Assembly (NCBI RefSeq): GCF_036321535.1
Contig: NC_087437.1
Span: forward strand, 6,758,001 to 6,822,000
Origin: Camelus dromedarius
Lineage: Eukaryota
Length of the DNA: 64,000 nt
Direction of reading: 5' to 3'
Shown here: positions 62,985 through 64,000 of the stretch, in pieces
Layout: the number at the start of each line of letters is the position of its first letter
Numbering within the stretch: the first letter of the stretch is position 1
Made by a program: the position numbers and the translations under genes
Notes under the pieces: generated by a model
Databases searched by the model: none
The model's input: the letters and a program-made list of their open reading frames with translations, nothing else
What the model was told of the DNA's origin: nothing

Positions 62985-63795
62985 TTAACCAGTCGCCTAT
63001 ATGCCATCTCCACTTGGACGTCTAAGATGTCTCTCATCAAACAGGTCACGTCCAAAGCAGAATTCTTGATTTCCCTAGCACTCTAATGCTCACTCAATCT
63101 CAGGCTTCCCCATCTCTTTAAGAGTACTATATTTGATAAGATGCTTAGGCTGAAAATTTGGTTATCCTCGTTCATTCTGTTTTTACCATATATCCTATCA
63201 GAGATGAAAGCATATGGTGGTATCAGCTCCGCCTTCAAAATATATCTCAAATCTGAACACTTCTCAACACCTCTGTTCCTTTCACCCTCCTCCAAGCCGC
63301 CATCACAGCTGGCCGGGAAGGTCTTCCACCTGGTCTCCCTGCTCTGCCATCGCTCACATTAGCTCTCCACACAGCAGCTGGAGTGAGAATTGTTTCATTA
63401 TGCATGTCAGGTTACATGGCTTCCCTGCTCAAAACTCTCCAGTGGTTTCTTATCACACTTCTGACCTGCAGGCTCCTACATGATTTTCTTCTACCCATTT
63501 CCCTAAACTCACTGCCTGACACTCTTCTCCCATTTACTCACCAGTCTCACTGCCTCTGACCAGTCCTTTTTCAAACATGCTGTGATTAGCCCCATGTTAG
63601 CACCATCACACTTGATGTTTAGTCAGCCTGGAAGGTCCTATCTCTGTATCTTTGCTGGCTCACTCCCTCATTTGACTCAGGTTTCTGTTGAAATGCCTTT
63701 TCCCCAGGGAGCCCTTCCTTGACACCCTCTCCCAACTGTACCCCTCTTCCCACCCACACATCTTTTTTCTTTTCACCTGCTTTATGTCCAGTGCA
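62985..63795 (+). mobile_element. LINE-2 (L2a-like) fragment
   Basis: catctccacttggacgtctaag...gtccaaagcagaattcttgattt...ccttcaaaatatatc...ctgctcaaaactctccagtgg. Confidence 0.85.
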
Positions 63796-63797
63796 TT

Positions 63798-63831
63798 TGC
63801 ATCAGTAAGGGTTCTCCAGAAAACCAGAACT
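63798..63831. mobile_element. Terminus of an MLT2-like LTR, cut by L1
   Basis: tcagtaagggttctccagaaaaccagaac resembles the MLT2 end tagtcagggttctccagagaaacagaac. Confidence 0.5.
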
Positions 63832-64000
63832 ATAAGTTTGTTTACTATGTCTGCAAGTCTGCTCCTGTTTTATAGATGAGTTCATTAGTGTCTTCTTTTT
63901 TCCTTTTTTTATATTCCACATATGAGTGATATCATATGGTATTTTTCTTTCTCTTTCTGGCCTACTTCACTTAGAGTGATGATATTTAGGTCCATGTTGC
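63832..64000 (-). mobile_element. Young LINE-1 3'UTR segment running off the window
   Basis: ataagtttgtttactatgtctg...gatatcatatggtatttttctttctctttctggcctacttcacttag, homologous to 5560-5730. Confidence 0.9.

Noticed and set aside
1..64000. A novel multi-gene system or identifiable host gene
   Set aside because: No coding exons, operon-like organisation or processed pseudogene recognised; the locus cannot be named without alignment.

Overview
Mammalian non-coding genomic DNA, most likely camelid (Camelus/Vicugna/Lama), judged from four copies of a tRNA-derived SINE matching my recollection of the camelid vic-1 type (GGGAGGGTATAGCTCAGTGGTAGAG...GTCCTGGGTTCAATCCCCAGTACCTCC...AAATAAA...CCTAATTACCTCCC). 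I find no credible protein-coding exon, rRNA, true tRNA, CRISPR array or prokaryotic system. The ORF track is chance ORFs plus LINE-1 ORF2 remnants. A large part of the window is interspersed repeats: young L1 3' fragments, ancient L1M/L1ME relics, L2, MIR, MaLR/ERVL LTRs and hAT DNA transposons. These are separated by repeat-poor unique blocks (about 6.1-9.7, 24.5-30.7, 55.4-56.0 and 60.7-62.9 kb) rich in homeodomain/forkhead-type motifs, which look like conserved non-coding elements of a gene desert or large intron. The most notable observations are three young L1 copies all 5'-truncated within about 45 nt of each other, an MLT1 LTR whose U5 is replaced by a poly(A) tail, a probable twin-primed inverted L1 at the right edge, a tandem SINE pair, and a CpG-retaining enhancer-like block containing a hairpin and a 3-nt microexon-like signal. 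Repeat family names are from recall of consensus sequences, not from a search, and boundaries of old repeats are approximate. No new biological system can be supported from the sequence alone.
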